Source: Octopus bimaculoides
Taxonomy: Eukaryota
Length of the DNA stretch: 64,000 nt
Direction: 5' to 3'
Assembly: GCF_001194135.2 (NCBI RefSeq)
Contig: NC_068981.1
Coordinates: forward strand, 61,161,189 to 61,225,188
The notes under the pieces are model-generated. The model was not told the DNA's origin, searched no databases, and was given only the letters and a program-made list of their open reading frames with translations. Below are positions 26,881 to 40,799 of the stretch, piece after piece (the stretch's first letter is position 1; each line of letters starts with the position of its first letter). The position numbers were made by a program, and so were the translations under genes.

Positions 26881-27079
26881 AATTATTCTCGTGTAGTAAT
26901 AAAAAGTGAAATTGACACCCAATATTTGCTGTGTCCATGTATTTATGTAAGAAACTTTCATTGAATTTATGCATCTAGTGTGTCTCTCACTTTCTCTCTT
27001 TCTCTTTGACGTCCTTTGTGTCCCTCTTGTTTCCCGCTTTTGATTTAACAATGTGTTTATGTATCTATATATCTACTGC

Positions 27080-28085
27080 TGTGAAAGTTGTGTAAGAGAA
27101 CAGGAGAATAGCCGGGCTTGGTATGTCTGGGAGAGTAGAACATGATTGAATCGGTGAAAATGCAGGGAACCTTAAAAGTGAACGAAGGCGTAGATCCAAT
27201 ACAATGTAAGAAAGACCAGACACAGCAGACGAAGGAAATTTGGCAGGACAAGATAATGCAGTCAGCTCTTGAACAATAAAGATGAGATTGATTGGAATAA
27301 ATGCTGGCAATGGCTGCAGAAAGGAGACTCAAAAGGGCCCACTGTGACATTAGTGTGCAGCGCTGAAGAACAAGCTCTCAGAACAAATTACCCCAGATAT
27401 TACTTTGATAAAAGCACTGACTGGCCACAGTGTTGGATGTGCTCTGAGAAGGGAGTAGCATAATCTATATTGTTAGTGACTGATGTAAGCTCGCATAAGG
27501 CGAATATAAAAGGAGACGCGACAATGTGGCCAGATATGTCCACTGGTTGTTGTGCGGGAAAGCAAACCACGAGAGAGCCAGACAATGGTATGAACACAAG
27601 CGAGAAGGAGTAATGGAAAACGATCATTACAAAATACTCTGGGATTTTAGCATGTAGTGCGACCAAGTCATTGAGGAGATACGACCAAATATCGTGCTCA
27701 TCCATAAAGATGAAAGAGTAGTAAAGATAATAGATGTTGCAATACCAGGCGATTCGAGGGTGAAAGGTAAGGAAACACAAACGATTGAGAAATGCCAGCC
27801 ACTGCAGGACGAGATAAAAAATATTATGGGGCATGAGGAAATTAATGTTAATACCAGTGGTAATTGGAGAATTAGGAGCAGTTTCCAAGGACTTCCAAAA
27901 AGATATTCAGATTATTGGAGCTTGTGTCAGGATCGTGGTGATCCAGAAGATAGCACTGTTTGGTGCATCTGGAATTCTAAGGAGAGTATTATGTCTTTCA
28001 GTCACAGGAGAAGGCACTACTTGAAAACTTTGGTGTTTTGTTATTGAATAACCGGTAATTAAGAACTATCCAAGTGCCATTCATA
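27080..28085 (+). mobile_element. 5'-truncated R4/Dong-like non-LTR retrotransposon (RLE endonuclease end)
   Basis: WQWLQKGD..EQALRTNY..CWMCSEKG (CCHC), RHDNVAR, RPNIVLIHK..IIDVAIPGD (PD..D), IEKCQPL, PVVIGELG, QKIALFGASGILRRVL. Followed by (TAG)n(TAA)n. Confidence 0.88.
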
Positions 28086-28086
28086 G

Positions 28087-28087
28087 T

Positions 28088-28132
<45 letters not shown>

Positions 28133-28147
28133 ACTGCTCTCTCACTC

Positions 28148-28199
<52 letters not shown>

Positions 28200-28205
28200 T
28201 TAATA
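28087..28205. repeat. (TAG)n-(AAT)n microsatellite
   Basis: Directly visible. Confidence 0.95.
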
Positions 28206-28209
28206 AATA

Positions 28210-28676
28210 TAATCAGAGCAACGAATACTGAATTTTGTGTCCAACGCAGGATAACACATTTTAACATCTAAGGGGAGAAGGATCTCTTTGAGTCTTGTTA
28301 TACCAACCCATCTACAGATGGTGATACCTTATCAACACCTTTCAGCACTAACCAACAACGTAGTAAATGTGAATGGAACTGCTACTTTCACCCGGCAGGT
28401 AACCTGTGGATGAGCAGCACAGGCCGGGTCGTCATTATGCGGCTGCTAGAACTAAATGGATTAAGACGATGAATATAGATGTCATGAAAAGCACAACAAG
28501 TCAAAGGAATCTGCTCTGCTGTGGACAACTAGCATTTTGTGATTGGTTCTTGGGTGTTTACTGTCTCCCACGATAATTAGCAGGCATGTATCAAAGCCTT
28601 ATAATCTATGCGATCTCTGACTACAGGCTACTGTCCGCTCTCATAGAATCTAGCAGAACGTTCTCAGAAATAAAGC
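28210..28676 (+). mobile_element. Short internally deleted R4/Dong-like element flanked by (AAT)n
   Basis: An N-terminal-like peptide RHYAAARTKWIKTMNIDVM is followed closely by the C-terminal-like SKESALLWTTSIL* (compare QKIALFGASGIL of the adjacent element). Ends GAAATAAAGC(AAT)n. Confidence 0.5.
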
Positions 28677-28734
<58 letters not shown>

Positions 28735-28764
28735 TAATAATAATAAAATAATCATAATAATAAT
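28677..28764. repeat. (AAT)n microsatellite
   Basis: Directly visible. Confidence 0.95.
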
Positions 28765-29128
28765 ATCACAGATGTGCTGAGGGTCTCTTCAACTGTTTCA
28801 GTGAATCTTCTGTACATAGGGAATGTTTATGTACTTCTACAAATTTAATGCTTCTGTATTACTTGTTATAGAATGCATCGAAAGTGTTGTTGCTTTCATA
28901 CATCATATAGTTTAAATGTTTATCTATAAATGTTTTTTTAATTTCATGGTCTGTTACTGCCTGGAGAAATTTGTGTTTCATTGTTTTAATTGTACATAGT
29001 AACTTTTAACTTCTTGCCATTAACATCTTTCTTGTATTCTCTATGCATAGGAAAGTGATTTTTACTACTGCCAGAATTTTCTAAGCACAATAAGATGCGG
29101 CAACTATGGAAACGTATTGAAATAAAGC

Positions 29129-29262
<134 letters not shown>

Positions 29263-29411
29263 CAAAAATGTGCTGAGGTTCTCTGGAAACATGTATTAAA
29301 ATAGATTTTCTGGTTATCTTTTAATCAAATATTTATTCCTCTAAATATTTCACATAATGCAACTTTCTCTGAGAGACTACTGTTACAAGAGCACTTTTCT
29401 CGTGTAATTAG

Positions 29412-29453
<42 letters not shown>

Positions 29454-29484
29454 CCCACAAGATGGTGAACTAAAAGAATTGTTA

Positions 29485-29625
29485 ACACGCCAGAGAAATT
29501 AGCAGTATTACGTCCATCTTTATATTCTGATTTAAAATTACGTGAAAGATAAGACGACGTTGCCATTCACCCTTTCGGGTTTGAAGAAATACGTACCAGC
29601 TAAGTAATAGGCGTCAATGTAGTCT
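29485..29625 (+). mobile_element. SINE family A, old degenerate copy
   Basis: GTTAACACGCCAGAGAAAT..CATTCACCCTTTCGGG..GTACCAG resembles family A. Confidence 0.5.
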
Positions 29626-29667
29626 ATCTTCAAAATTTAATGATTGTGCGTATAATAGAAAGAACTG

Positions 29668-29886
29668 CAGTAATCCCTCGCCATATCGCGGTTCACCTAT
29701 CACGGTTTATTATTTAATCTTACGTCGATTCCTCTGTGGTGATTTGCTTTTATAATGAAATACATATATACAAATTATAAAAATAATAAAAATATTATAC
29801 AGTACAGTACTGTTTCTATTTCGTGGGTTTTCACATATCGCCGGGCGTTTTGGAACTTACCAACCGCGATATTCGAGATATTACAG
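29668..29886. mobile_element. Tigger/pogo-like MITE
   Basis: TIRs CAGTAATCCCTCGCCATATCGCGGTT and AACCGCGATATTCGAGATATTACAG around an AT-rich core. Confidence 0.7.
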
Positions 29887-30309
29887 TACTTATATGTTTA
29901 TTCGATAACACACTTTCTATTCTCCTGCTCTTATCCTTAAAATATCTTGGAAAAGTATACTTGAACTGATAGTCAGATATTATATGCAGTCAGTAGATAT
30001 TATACAACGGAAGAACATGTAATTCTTTCAGTGATATCTGAAGTCTGCAGATCATGATCTTAAGATTATCCTTCTGAAGTTGCATATCAGAAGATGCTAC
30101 GATGCTCACAGACATATGCGGAAAAAGTTTCGCAAAGTTATTAATTTAGTTGCATGTAGATTCGCTAGAAAATATCATTGGCATTTTCAAAAACGTTATT
30201 ATGTGGTTTCTTTTGGAATGCTTTTGGAAAATGAGCAGAGTTCTACTCCATTCGATATAGATGGGATTGATTCCATTGTTCCTGTGAATTCTGCTGTTCC
30301 CTTGCAGCA

Positions 30310-30720
30310 ATTCTATCGTATGTTAAGGTTTGAATAGGCAAACTGGAGAGGAAGCGTTCTAACATTATGCATTTCACATTACCGGGAAAATCATTACCGT
30401 CTTTTTACTGATTTGCTTGAATACTCATTCTGATCCTTGAAGCAATCGTGCGCCTTGCACATAGGTAGGCGTTAGAAACCATCATGTGTTATATATGGGA
30501 GACTATCGTTTATATTACATTTTGGGAAAGTATTATGCTTCAAGTTATCACGTTGCCAGGGACATGAATATGATTTCGGTTATTAATAGTTTCTCTGCAC
30601 TGAGACGTTTACGATAGCCATTAAAATAATGCTTGAGTACTCTCTTCTTTAACAAATTTATAAGGATGAATGTGAAAAGTTTTCTAAATCCGTATTATAT
30701 AATTTGATTTACAATGGCTC
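30310..30720 (-). mobile_element. Decayed DD37D/maT-type (Tc1 superfamily) transposase remnant
   Basis: Minus strand IIRI*KTFHIHPYKF..TINNRNHI.. resembles the 'ILRKDLHLHPYK..VNKQNCR' motifs of this group. Confidence 0.45.
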
Positions 30721-33672
30721 GCGTTTCACATAATTCGTACTATATGTCGTGAATATACTTCACGCAGGCAGTTCTTGTGGCAGGGAATTAAATGGCCGCT
30801 CCTCTTGTTTCATTTTTTTTCTATATTCGTAGATAATACTCAGGTGCAACATTATAAATGCTTTATTATATACAATGTACGAAATTAAGGTAGAATAATA
30901 AGCACAGGTAATAGTAGCAGCGAATTGGTTATAGTTTCTGTAACCAAAAGATTAATCTTTTTTCTTGTAGCTGCATCTAAATATTGTATATATTACAAAC
31001 GTAAAGCAACCACTTAAAAGCCGTAATACGCAGAATGGTAATTCTTTTAGATGAAAACATAAATAAAATCTACCAATCTATGCAGTAGATAGTAAATCAT
31101 CAGAAAATGTTTGTACTCTATATCTGCAGCACATTAAACAGTTCAAAGTGGAAGACTAGACGCTAATTGATAAAAGATATACCAAATATGTTTTTGGTTT
31201 TGAAAAATATTACGCTTATGTCTGGGTTGTATTTATGGGTACTTTGGTGTATATATATAAAAGATACATCAATCATTAATTTCTTATTGTTGAACGTTAA
31301 ACAACAGAAACGGCGCTAGCCAGCCAATCACAAAATATGACTCCTCATTATAAGAAAGACACCAACACACCTAAAATCACTTTCTTAACAAGTAGAGACT
31401 TTTGCAATTCTGTATAGTCTGACTTACATAAAGAATCATGAAATAACGGATTAAATTCTCTCTTTTTGTGTAAAATATTTTTCCATGACATGACCAATCA
31501 GAAATTAATCTATGATTACCTGTATTAATTTATATCTATAAGCATATTACAGTAAGGAAATGTTTTCCAGAAAATCAAGTAAATTATTTTCCTGTGTGCG
31601 GCTTTAACTGAACTAATCATATCAGCAAGTTTAGTGCCTTAATCGGCAAAGTAATGCTTCTGTATTTGCATCTAAATGATATTATTTAAACAAACGTGTT
31701 AAAAATTGTTTCTTTTTGAATAGTTTATATATCTTATTAAGTTGTGCTTTGTAGAAAACAAAACCTAAAACAAAAACAAAATTAATTAGATAACAAAACC
31801 TAAATTAATAAATTGATTAACAATAAGTACCTGTCGTAAATGTGTATAATAATTTATGCAGTTGTTTTTTATAAACACTTTGAAAACACTGAGGCCATAG
31901 AAATGGCGTTCAATCACTTGACTTTAAAGATATGCATGTTGTATCTTAAAATTATAAACCCAAAGTGATAATTTATAATCATATATTTAATTAATATCTT
32001 AAATTAAAGTACAAAAGAAAACTAAAAAAAAAAAGAAATTATAAAGTAACGAAGTTTGCTGCAAAACAACTTAATGAACGCCGAAGTGAAAATATTTCAG
32101 TGGTCGTTTTTGCCAAAATTCAAATTATGAAATGTGAGTAAAGGATTGGTCAAGAGATGTACAAATAATTAAACCTATTCAGTATGTTAAATGGTTCATT
32201 CAGCTTGGTCATTTGGAACATTGACTTCATTGATATCCTTCCCACTCTGGAGATAGTTAAACATTTACAATTGTTATTTTGTGGCTAAACTTACTCTAAT
32301 GTTCCCAATGATGGTCTTGAGTTTGCTAAATTTATATCTTTGATATCCCCAGGAAGAGTTTCTTCAATACGAGATCATTCATCGTAATATTACAAACTAC
32401 TAAGTTTACGAAATATGACTAACTATATTATAGATATTTTTTTAATGTTCTTCCCGTTCATATTCAAAGCCATATATTCCGAGATTACAATAAATATTAA
32501 TCTCCACACATTTTAATTTTTAAATTTGTAAAATGAGATAATGCTAAATAGTAGAATTATAGTAAAAGCAATATGAAGCTGTAGTATATAATAGGAAAAA
32601 TTCAAAATGTAACTTAAGGGTATATGTAAATAATCCTAAGATGTGCCGTTGCTTTGTCAGGAACATAAATTCATTAACACGGAGTATATTCAGAAGATGC
32701 GCACATAGAATGAAGAATAAATTTGAAATTCATAAATGCAAACAATAGGCAAAGAAATATAGCATAGTAAAGTAACTCCTATGAGTTAAATTCTCACTCC
32801 CATATTTCTGTGACATCTTTTTACATCTTATAAACAAGCATTTTCCTTTAAAACGTTGGGATCGGACGGACTCTAATGGAAATGACGTTAAGGTGAAATT
32901 TAAATGCAATATTAATATAATTTTTCCCATACTCAATATCAACACAAGGAAGACTTCCTGTATGAACACATAAACTCGTAAAATATCTACAACTTTAATA
33001 TCTGCTATTCAGAAGCTACATGTCTTTCTAAAGCACGCTAAGTTCTAATTTTAGACAACACTGAAACAAAAGTTTATTGCTTACTTCAAATCCTGTTGAG
33101 AATGATACTCAAATTTTCAGAAATACAGAAATCCGATTTACTGTCTAATTATTCATGTGTCTGGAGTTAAGCTGTGAACAATATATACAATTATATCGGT
33201 TGCTATATATACAGCATTCATCTCCCAACATTAAACATCATAAGGTGTGATGTCTGCCAGTCAGGGAATTATAGCATTCTAATACATCATTCCGAAATTG
33301 TAAAATTTTCTAGCTACTTCTCGCGAAAATTCTATTTCACATTGGGTAACGTAGAATAGTACCTTTATAAACAGAGTGACATACAATTAAAATGAAGATA
33401 AATAGACATAAAATTTAAGCAAATTTAATTTATTCATCAATCTTGAATCATCATTAATAATGGCCACTGCTTTACTTTCATGAGGGAGGAGTGTATTGTA
33501 CTAAACTTAGTCTTATATATCAGATTATTATTTAACTTATTTCTTAATGACAACTTTCCCATCATCTGTTTCTCTGATATCAATGTTCAATGGCTCGTTA
33601 GAGGATATATCAACGTCAAACTCGGAATAGCAATCATTACGCAACGCAAGTGATTACCTTGTAAAGTATTAT

Positions 33673-33713
<41 letters not shown>

Positions 33714-34109
33714 GATGTACAGGGTGTAATGGGTAAACTGTTGCGATTTTAGATCATCTATTGAGGTCTATTTGTATAAAGTATGGACGTTTCCCAATCT
33801 AGCAATCTCATCTTTGTAATTATAGATTTCATTTTCTTATGTACCTCCACATTTCCAAATATTTGATTTTATAAACATTACCCCACAAATTTAAATTAAA
33901 TTTTGCTAACATTACCTTTCATAAAATGCGCATATATTCTCCTCGTGAAAGTAATTATATATATTTATCTTCATATATTTGCATGTACAGTGAATATTTG
34001 ATTCCGTCTCCTTCCATGATGGAAAAAATAAATGAATGGATGAATAAATGAATCAATAAATAAATAACAACAATGGTTTCAAACTTTGCCACATGGGAAA
34101 TAATCTTGG

Positions 34110-34279
34110 AGAACGCGATGAGTCGATTACATTGACCCCAGTGTTTAACTGGTACTTAGTTTATCGACCCCGAAAGGATGAAAGGTAAAGTCAACCTCGG
34201 CGGAATATGAACTTACCAACGGGCGAAACATTACTAAGCATTTCGTCCAGCGCGCTAAAGGTTCTGCCAGTTCGCCGCC
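34110..34279 (-). mobile_element. SINE family A
   Basis: Ends ..GGTTCTGCCAGTTCGCCGCC (reverse complement of the head); contains TTATCGACCCCGAAAGGATGAAAGG. Confidence 0.85.
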
Positions 34280-34284
34280 TTTAT

Positions 34285-34462
34285 ACTACTACTACTGCTA
34301 CTACTACTACTACTACTACTACTAATAATAATAATAATAATATTAATAATAATAATAATAATAATAATAACAATGACAATAATAATAACAACAACAATAA
34401 TAAGAATAATAACAGCAACAACAACAACAACGACAATAATAATAATAATAATAATAATAATA
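34285..34462. repeat. (ACT)n-(AAT)n-(AAC)n array
   Basis: Directly visible. Confidence 0.95.
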
Positions 34463-34469
34463 TCACTAT

Positions 34470-37400
34470 TTCATTTATTAGCCACTAGGGCCGACATATA
34501 GGGGACATTAACATTGAGGATTTTACATAGAAACAACGAGTACACAAAAGAATAACAATGATATCCAACAAAAGAATATAACAATGAAAATTCCCCAATA
34601 GGTGGGGGGGGGGGGGGTAACCACCTGGACTTAGCTCAGGTAGACGCTTCGAGGGCATCTGGGAAGAATACCTTTCTTCCTCTCAAAATCACTAACCTAC
34701 ATCCGCAGTTTTAGAGTAGGTTCACTCACACGTGCCATTCTCGTTACATTCACCCACCTTTTAGCACCTTCATCTTCTTTTCCAAATGAAACTTGCAAAA
34801 GTTGATGAGTGATTGGCCGAATAGGAACGTGTCTGTCTACAGTCCTTTGAACCTGGTTCACCATACAACCACTTTCACTACCGCTATCACACAGAGGATA
34901 ATTGCCTGCCCTTGTGGAAAGCGGCGGATCGATCTTCACTATAGACTCAGCCTGTAGCTAGATCCGTCCTCCACGTGATAACAGCTATTCAACATAACTC
35001 CACAAGTCGGTAATGCAAGGACACTGGACGTGTGCGTGCAAAATCGTTTCGTCGCTCTTGTGCATCTCGGGAAGCTCCGTCTGACAGCACTTCCCAGCCT
35101 ATAGAGTTTATCTCGAACCAGCAGTAGCCCCCTCCCATCTCCCGCGGCACTACCAAGCAAGGGATTTCTGGAATTTATCCATCGTTCCCGGATCGAAAAT
35201 CCTCCTGAACAGACTGGTTAGTTCGATTTCGATTTCAAGACACGACGGTCAAGATATACTAGAAGACGGGCGCGATGTACGCATTCGCCAACTGCGCTCG
35301 ACCTTTCAGTGATAGCTTCCTCTCAGCCCATTTCTGGGTGAGAAAGGCTACCCTGCCAGTCACCCCGTCCCAGTTCGTATCCATCAGAGGTTTTGTCCGA
35401 ACCAAATCCCAGCAATTTAACCTGTCCGTCCGTCCAGAGCCCAACGACGCTGTTGGACGGCATGGACTTGTCTATCCAGGTGCCGAGTTGCAAGTCCACC
35501 GACTTATTCGGGTTAAGTTTCGCTCCCGTCATCTTTTAATATTCTTCCAATGATATGCCAGCCATCTGGACTTCTGAGGAGCCCGACTCCATCACAGAGA
35601 TGTGGTCCGCATACGCTAACACAGCAGTCCTGCGTCCCAGTTCGAGCGGGATGCCCTGCAGTAACTCTAGCTTCCACAGTAATGCCTCAAGAATCAATTT
35701 TGCAGAAGGGAGGAGAGAGGGCACCCTTCATGGACCGATCGGCCATTAATTTTGACCACCGAGGAGATGCTGTTGTGCATTGCAGCGATCCAGCCTCTGA
35801 AGACGGGGCCGAAGTCAGCTGCTTTGAAGACAGCCTCCAGATTTCGATGGTTGATTCTATCGAATGCTTTCAAATGATCTAAATTGATCAGTGCTCCACC
35901 GAATCCATCTTTACATCCGACCATTTCTATAAAGTGTCGCACGAGGAGGAGGTAATCGTGTATGGACCTAGTCGGGATTACGCAGGTTTGTGCCTCCCCG
36001 ACCAAGTTCTCGATGACAAGGGCCAACCTTTTGCTAATGCCTTGGCCAAAATCTTAAACTCTGTGTTAAGAAGCGTTATGGTCCTGAAATTATCTATTGT
36101 GTCCCACTTGTTTTCGTCTTTCCCTATCATCGTCACAATGCCCCGGCTCACAGAACTGGGAATACTCCCGTTCTGCGGCCATTTGCTGTAGACGGTTCGA
36201 GGAGATTAGAAAACAGGTATGTCATATTTACGTTAAGTTCATAGGGCAGACCATCTAAACCTGGTGACTTGTGTCTCCTGCAATCGACTAGGACATCCTG
36301 ATGTGCTGTTCTTTGTGTAGTTCCTGTGTATGGTATCTGCGGTGAGTGTCTGTTCCTGTTTAGGTTGTTTGCGTTTGGGGGATTCTGGTGATAGTGATTA
36401 TATTGGTGTTTTGTGGGGAGATGTTTGCATGGGTGCTGTTTGTATTTTTTATTGTGAGTTTGTTATGCTTTGTGGAGATTTTCTTTCGTGCTTTCATTTT
36501 TGTTTTCTTGGCCCTTTCGGTGTTCCTTCATTTAACTACTGGAAAGTGAAGGGGCTGTTGCTGAAAGCCTATCTGTATCTAGGTTTATGTTTATAATCAT
36601 GTTTATGTGTGTATTCTTGTTTCGTGTGAGGGGGTGGGATAGCTTTCCTTGTTTCTACCTTGGGTGGTTAATGTCTTTAGTGTTGTTGCTGGTGGTTTTG
36701 CCGGTGCTGGTGATGTTTGTGGTTCTCGTCCCGGTGTAGGCTGCAGTGGTGGCAGAAGGCGGCAGCGAGCAGCCAAATGAGTCGTTTCTCCCCACCTAAA
36801 ACAACGAGGTTTTATGCCTTCAGTGATGATATCTATCACCGTCCCGTTCTGGAGACGGATGTTGTCCGGGAATTTTTTTAATGTTTTCGGGTCTGATCTG
36901 GAGAAGTATCTCCAGGTCAACCCCTGACCAGTCCTCCCCTACAATTGTTGTCGCATCTATAGCGACAATATCCCTCCCCTCCAAGTTTACGCATCCCAGA
37001 AGCCACCAAATATCTAGTCTGGGGGGAGGTCTAGATTATAGGAATGCGGACACGCACGGGCTGTACTTTTCCCCATGTGGGAGGGGTACGTGATGACTTT
37101 GCTGGTTTTGCAGGAGTTCATTCAATGTTTCACAGCGAGAGCTTCTGATTTAAATAGCACCGAAATGGTGCCGTATTGGTTGCTCCTCGCTATGTATTCG
37201 ATATAATTTCTCATGCAGCTCAGCGCCGCCTCAGTATCTACTTGAACTATTAAAGCCGCTCTTTTCGTGTCGGCTGAGGTGCGTCCGAAAACACCGTTCT
37301 TCTCTCCACTGCTGCAAATGCCTCTGTTAGGATCGTGAGATTTGCCCAATTGTTCTCTTGTTTAATTAGTCTCCAAGCCTCTGGGAGCATCTGCTCCCTA

Positions 37401-37575
37401 TTTGTGAGACGTACGATATTTCGGTGCTTGGTCTCAGCTGCTGCTGCTGCAAAACTATTTTTATTTGAGGGGGGCCGGTGCGCATTGATGCCGTCGAGAG
37501 GTGGGCCCCGAAACGGCGCGCATTCACTCCTGATGACCCCACACACTTGCTGGCTTCCGGTATGCGGAATTCTTG
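34470..37575 (-). mobile_element. Degenerate L1/Tx1-clade LINE: ORF1, RT, C-terminal zinc motif, 3' UTR; endonuclease absent
   Basis: RT motifs KSPGLDGLPYE, NFRTITLLNTEFKILAK, LDHLKAFDRINH, GCPLSSLL, LAYADHI, GAKLNPNKS, LSLKGRAQLAN. ORF1 knuckle KPRCFRWGETTHLAARC is homologous to the 6367 ORF1. Confidence 0.92.
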
Positions 37576-37629
37576 ACTGGTAGCACTTGCATGTGCAAGT
37601 TGTTTGCAAGACACATATATATATATCGT

Positions 37630-37900
37630 TTTCGTTGTTGTTTTGTTGTCACTGTCGCTGCTGCTGTTGTTGTTGTCGTTCTTATCGATGTTGTTGGTAT
37701 TGGTTTTGTTGTTGTTGATGTTGTCACTTTTGTTCTCGTTGTTGTTGTTATTGTTGTTGTTATCGCTACTGCCACTGCTTTTGCCTTCTTGTTCATGGTT
37801 GTTCCTGCTCTCACTACTACTGCAGCGGCTGCTGTTGTCATTTCTACAGCTGTTATTGTTTCTGCTCCTATAGTTGTTACTGTTCGTTGTACTTTGTACC
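37630..37900. repeat. Degenerate (GTT/GCT)n low-complexity tract
   Basis: Directly visible; generates several low-complexity ORFs. Confidence 0.85.
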
Positions 37901-38269
37901 TGACAGTATTGTTCTTCTCTTACTCCCATTCCCCTCTATTGTTGCCAGTGACAGCGATTGGGAGGGAAATGTGCATCTGTTACATTTTGGTGGGAACGTT
38001 TTTTTTTTTTCCCCTCAACTCTCTCAAGACAAGCTCCGCTATCTAGTTGAGTTGTATTGATTCCATTAGATTTTAACGCTCACCATATTTATCGCCCCTC
38101 GGGAGGCTACACAACCATACAAATCAATAATATATTCCCGGTGCTTTTGTTCAGAACTTTGAATAATATAATTATTGCAAACAGACACCAAACCTAGTTT
38201 AAATGAATGTTTTGAACCGAAGTCACTTGGAGCGTTCGAAAACACGTCCGATGTGTCCTGCAGCAAATA

Positions 38270-38302
38270 TACTACTACTGTTACTACTACTACTACTACT
38301 AT

Positions 38303-38352
<50 letters not shown>

Positions 38353-38357
38353 ACAAT

Positions 38358-38399
<42 letters not shown>

Positions 38400-38412
38400 A
38401 ATAATAATAACA
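38270..38412. repeat. (ACT)n-(AAC)n-(AAT)n array
   Basis: Directly visible. Confidence 0.95.
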
Positions 38413-40412
38413 ATACTGTTATGGAGTAAATTTATCTCGTTAGATGATAGTGCCTTTATACATGTGCATGGATCGTGTAGAACGCAGAAAAGATAAATAT
38501 TCCAAGAATCAAACACTGGATGTATCTATAAATGATATTCTGAGGAAATCCACCTTATTGCGCAGCTGACATTGGAAACAATCTATTAATGTTTAGCGTA
38601 ATATTCTTACCCCACAAAATGTGACATGAAAATACAGATACAGAGTGCTAGAGATAAATATTCCTGGCTTACATTTATAACTTGATAATAGACAAACATC
38701 TGAATACAGCAATCAGTCTGTCAAACAGTTTGTATCGATAAATGATGTTTTAGTGGAAAAAATTCGGATTTTAATATTCACACAGGGATGTTACAGCACG
38801 CACCGATATTTAAATCGTTGAGCTATGCTTCAAGGTAAATTAATACAAATCCTTCCATGAATATAACATTTTTCCGAGAAAATTAATAATCGTTTCGATA
38901 CATTAAAGAGATAGCCCTCGGTAATTATGTTGGTAGCCGAAAAATATTGAATGATTCATTACACAAGTTAAACTTACATGTAAAGGCCAACATATATTTA
39001 TTAATAAGATGCCTTTTCCACAAACAAAAATTGTGTAATATAAGAAAATGATGTAGTAAATATATCTTTAAAAGTGTAAATTTTTAATTATTATACAATA
39101 AATATCTATTTAGAACACATATGCAATATACTCAAAGAAAATTTATGGTAATTGGCATAGAAAGCATTTTAACGTACAGCAACAAGTTAATTAACAGAAA
39201 TTTAATTATATCCGGCAAGCGGATAATTAGTTTCTGTTAAAGGATAAATTAAATGGGATATTAAAAAGTGCATGTATTTGCTATGCGCCCTTTACACCGG
39301 AGTATTTCTATTCCACTTGAACTGTTATCGATATAGTGTTCTCAGCTTCTGTGATTTTAACAGCGTCCTTCCTCGCTGAAATATTCATTGAGAAAATGCA
39401 TTTGTTTACGATAGTGATATTGAATGTCAGTTGAAATTTTATGGAAGTATATTTCGAAGAATAGTATTTTTGCTGAAATATATATGTAATGTTTACTAAA
39501 GAAATATATTTTAGTATTTTATACTTCAGTTACTGATTCCGAATAATATGCCGAGCATAATCGTTCCAAAAACAATATAAAAATCAAACATAGAATGTGC
39601 TTCATGTGGAAATATTGCAATGGGTAAAATTACTTCTGCATTCATAGAAGATATCTACACACTTAGGACGTCATATGACAACATTCCCGTCAATCAATTG
39701 CCATATAAATTACCATATAAATACAAAACAAATTAGGAAAATATGTTCGATTACACTCCAGTAATTGAGTGATATGTAGAATGCATTACTGTATGAAACT
39801 GGTTATGAATGCTATAGCATGAAGTTTACCTAAAATTTCCACCTATAATTCTTCTAAACTGAACACTACTTCTAATGTTAAGATATTAATTGCAGCCCTT
39901 ATGTATATATATTCTACCTCTCAATATTTTTACAGATAAATACAATTTTTAAACATATTAAAAATGCTCCAAAATCTTTTACTGTTGAATCGCATAAGCT
40001 AAAGACATCAATATACAGCACATAAGCTTAAATAACTAGGAAAATTATTAATTGGCGTAAATATTCCAAATGTTACGACTTTGAAAATACCCTTCAAAGA
40101 GTATAAACTTTAAACACTTATGAAAAGTATATTATTTGACGTAATATGTCTTATACATGTCTTTAATGAATTGTACTTACAATTGCATTAACTAATGAAT
40201 TTCTCTATTAGCTGGGTAGAAAACAGGGATGTTTGCATGTTCATAATGAAAAACATTTTCGAACGTGAAAATACCTTGATTTAGGACAAAACAATTTCCA
40301 TATATGATGAATGTTGCTTTGTACATATTATATAATTCCATATATATACTTAGGCACACACAAACATACACACACAAATTGTATGTCGAGAAATTTTAGG
40401 AAAAACCATAAG

Positions 40413-40458
<46 letters not shown>

Positions 40459-40460
<2 letters not shown>

Positions 40461-40610
40461 GAGAATATACAAAAAATAACAACAGACGAGGACAGGTGGT
40501 GTAAATAACAAAAGTATATATTAGTATGACGCTCGGGAATACGGAAAGTCTTTGACGTTTCGAGCTACGCTCTTCAACAGAAAGAATACGGAGACAAGGA
40601 GAAAAACACG
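40459..40610 (-). mobile_element. PLE terminal fragment with a minimal hammerhead-like motif, abutting (TA)n
   Basis: Homologous to 21335-21490. Minus strand reads TCTTT-CTGTTGA-A-GAGC-GTA-GCTC-GAAA-CGTC-AAAGA at 40549-40585. Confidence 0.75.
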
Positions 40611-40611
40611 C

Positions 40612-40742
40612 AGGTGTGGCTGTGTGGTTAGAAGATTACTTCCTAAGCACAACATAGCTCTTTGGTACGTGTCTGCTACTATAGCCGACCAGAGCCTTGT
40701 GAGTGGATTTGGTAGACAGAAACTGAAAGAAGCAAGTCGTAA

Positions 40743-40799
<57 letters not shown>

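Noticed and set aside
34604-34617. G14 homopolymer as a G-quadruplex or regulatory site
   Set aside because: Lies in the LINE 3' UTR (poly-C on the sense strand); homopolymer length is unreliable.
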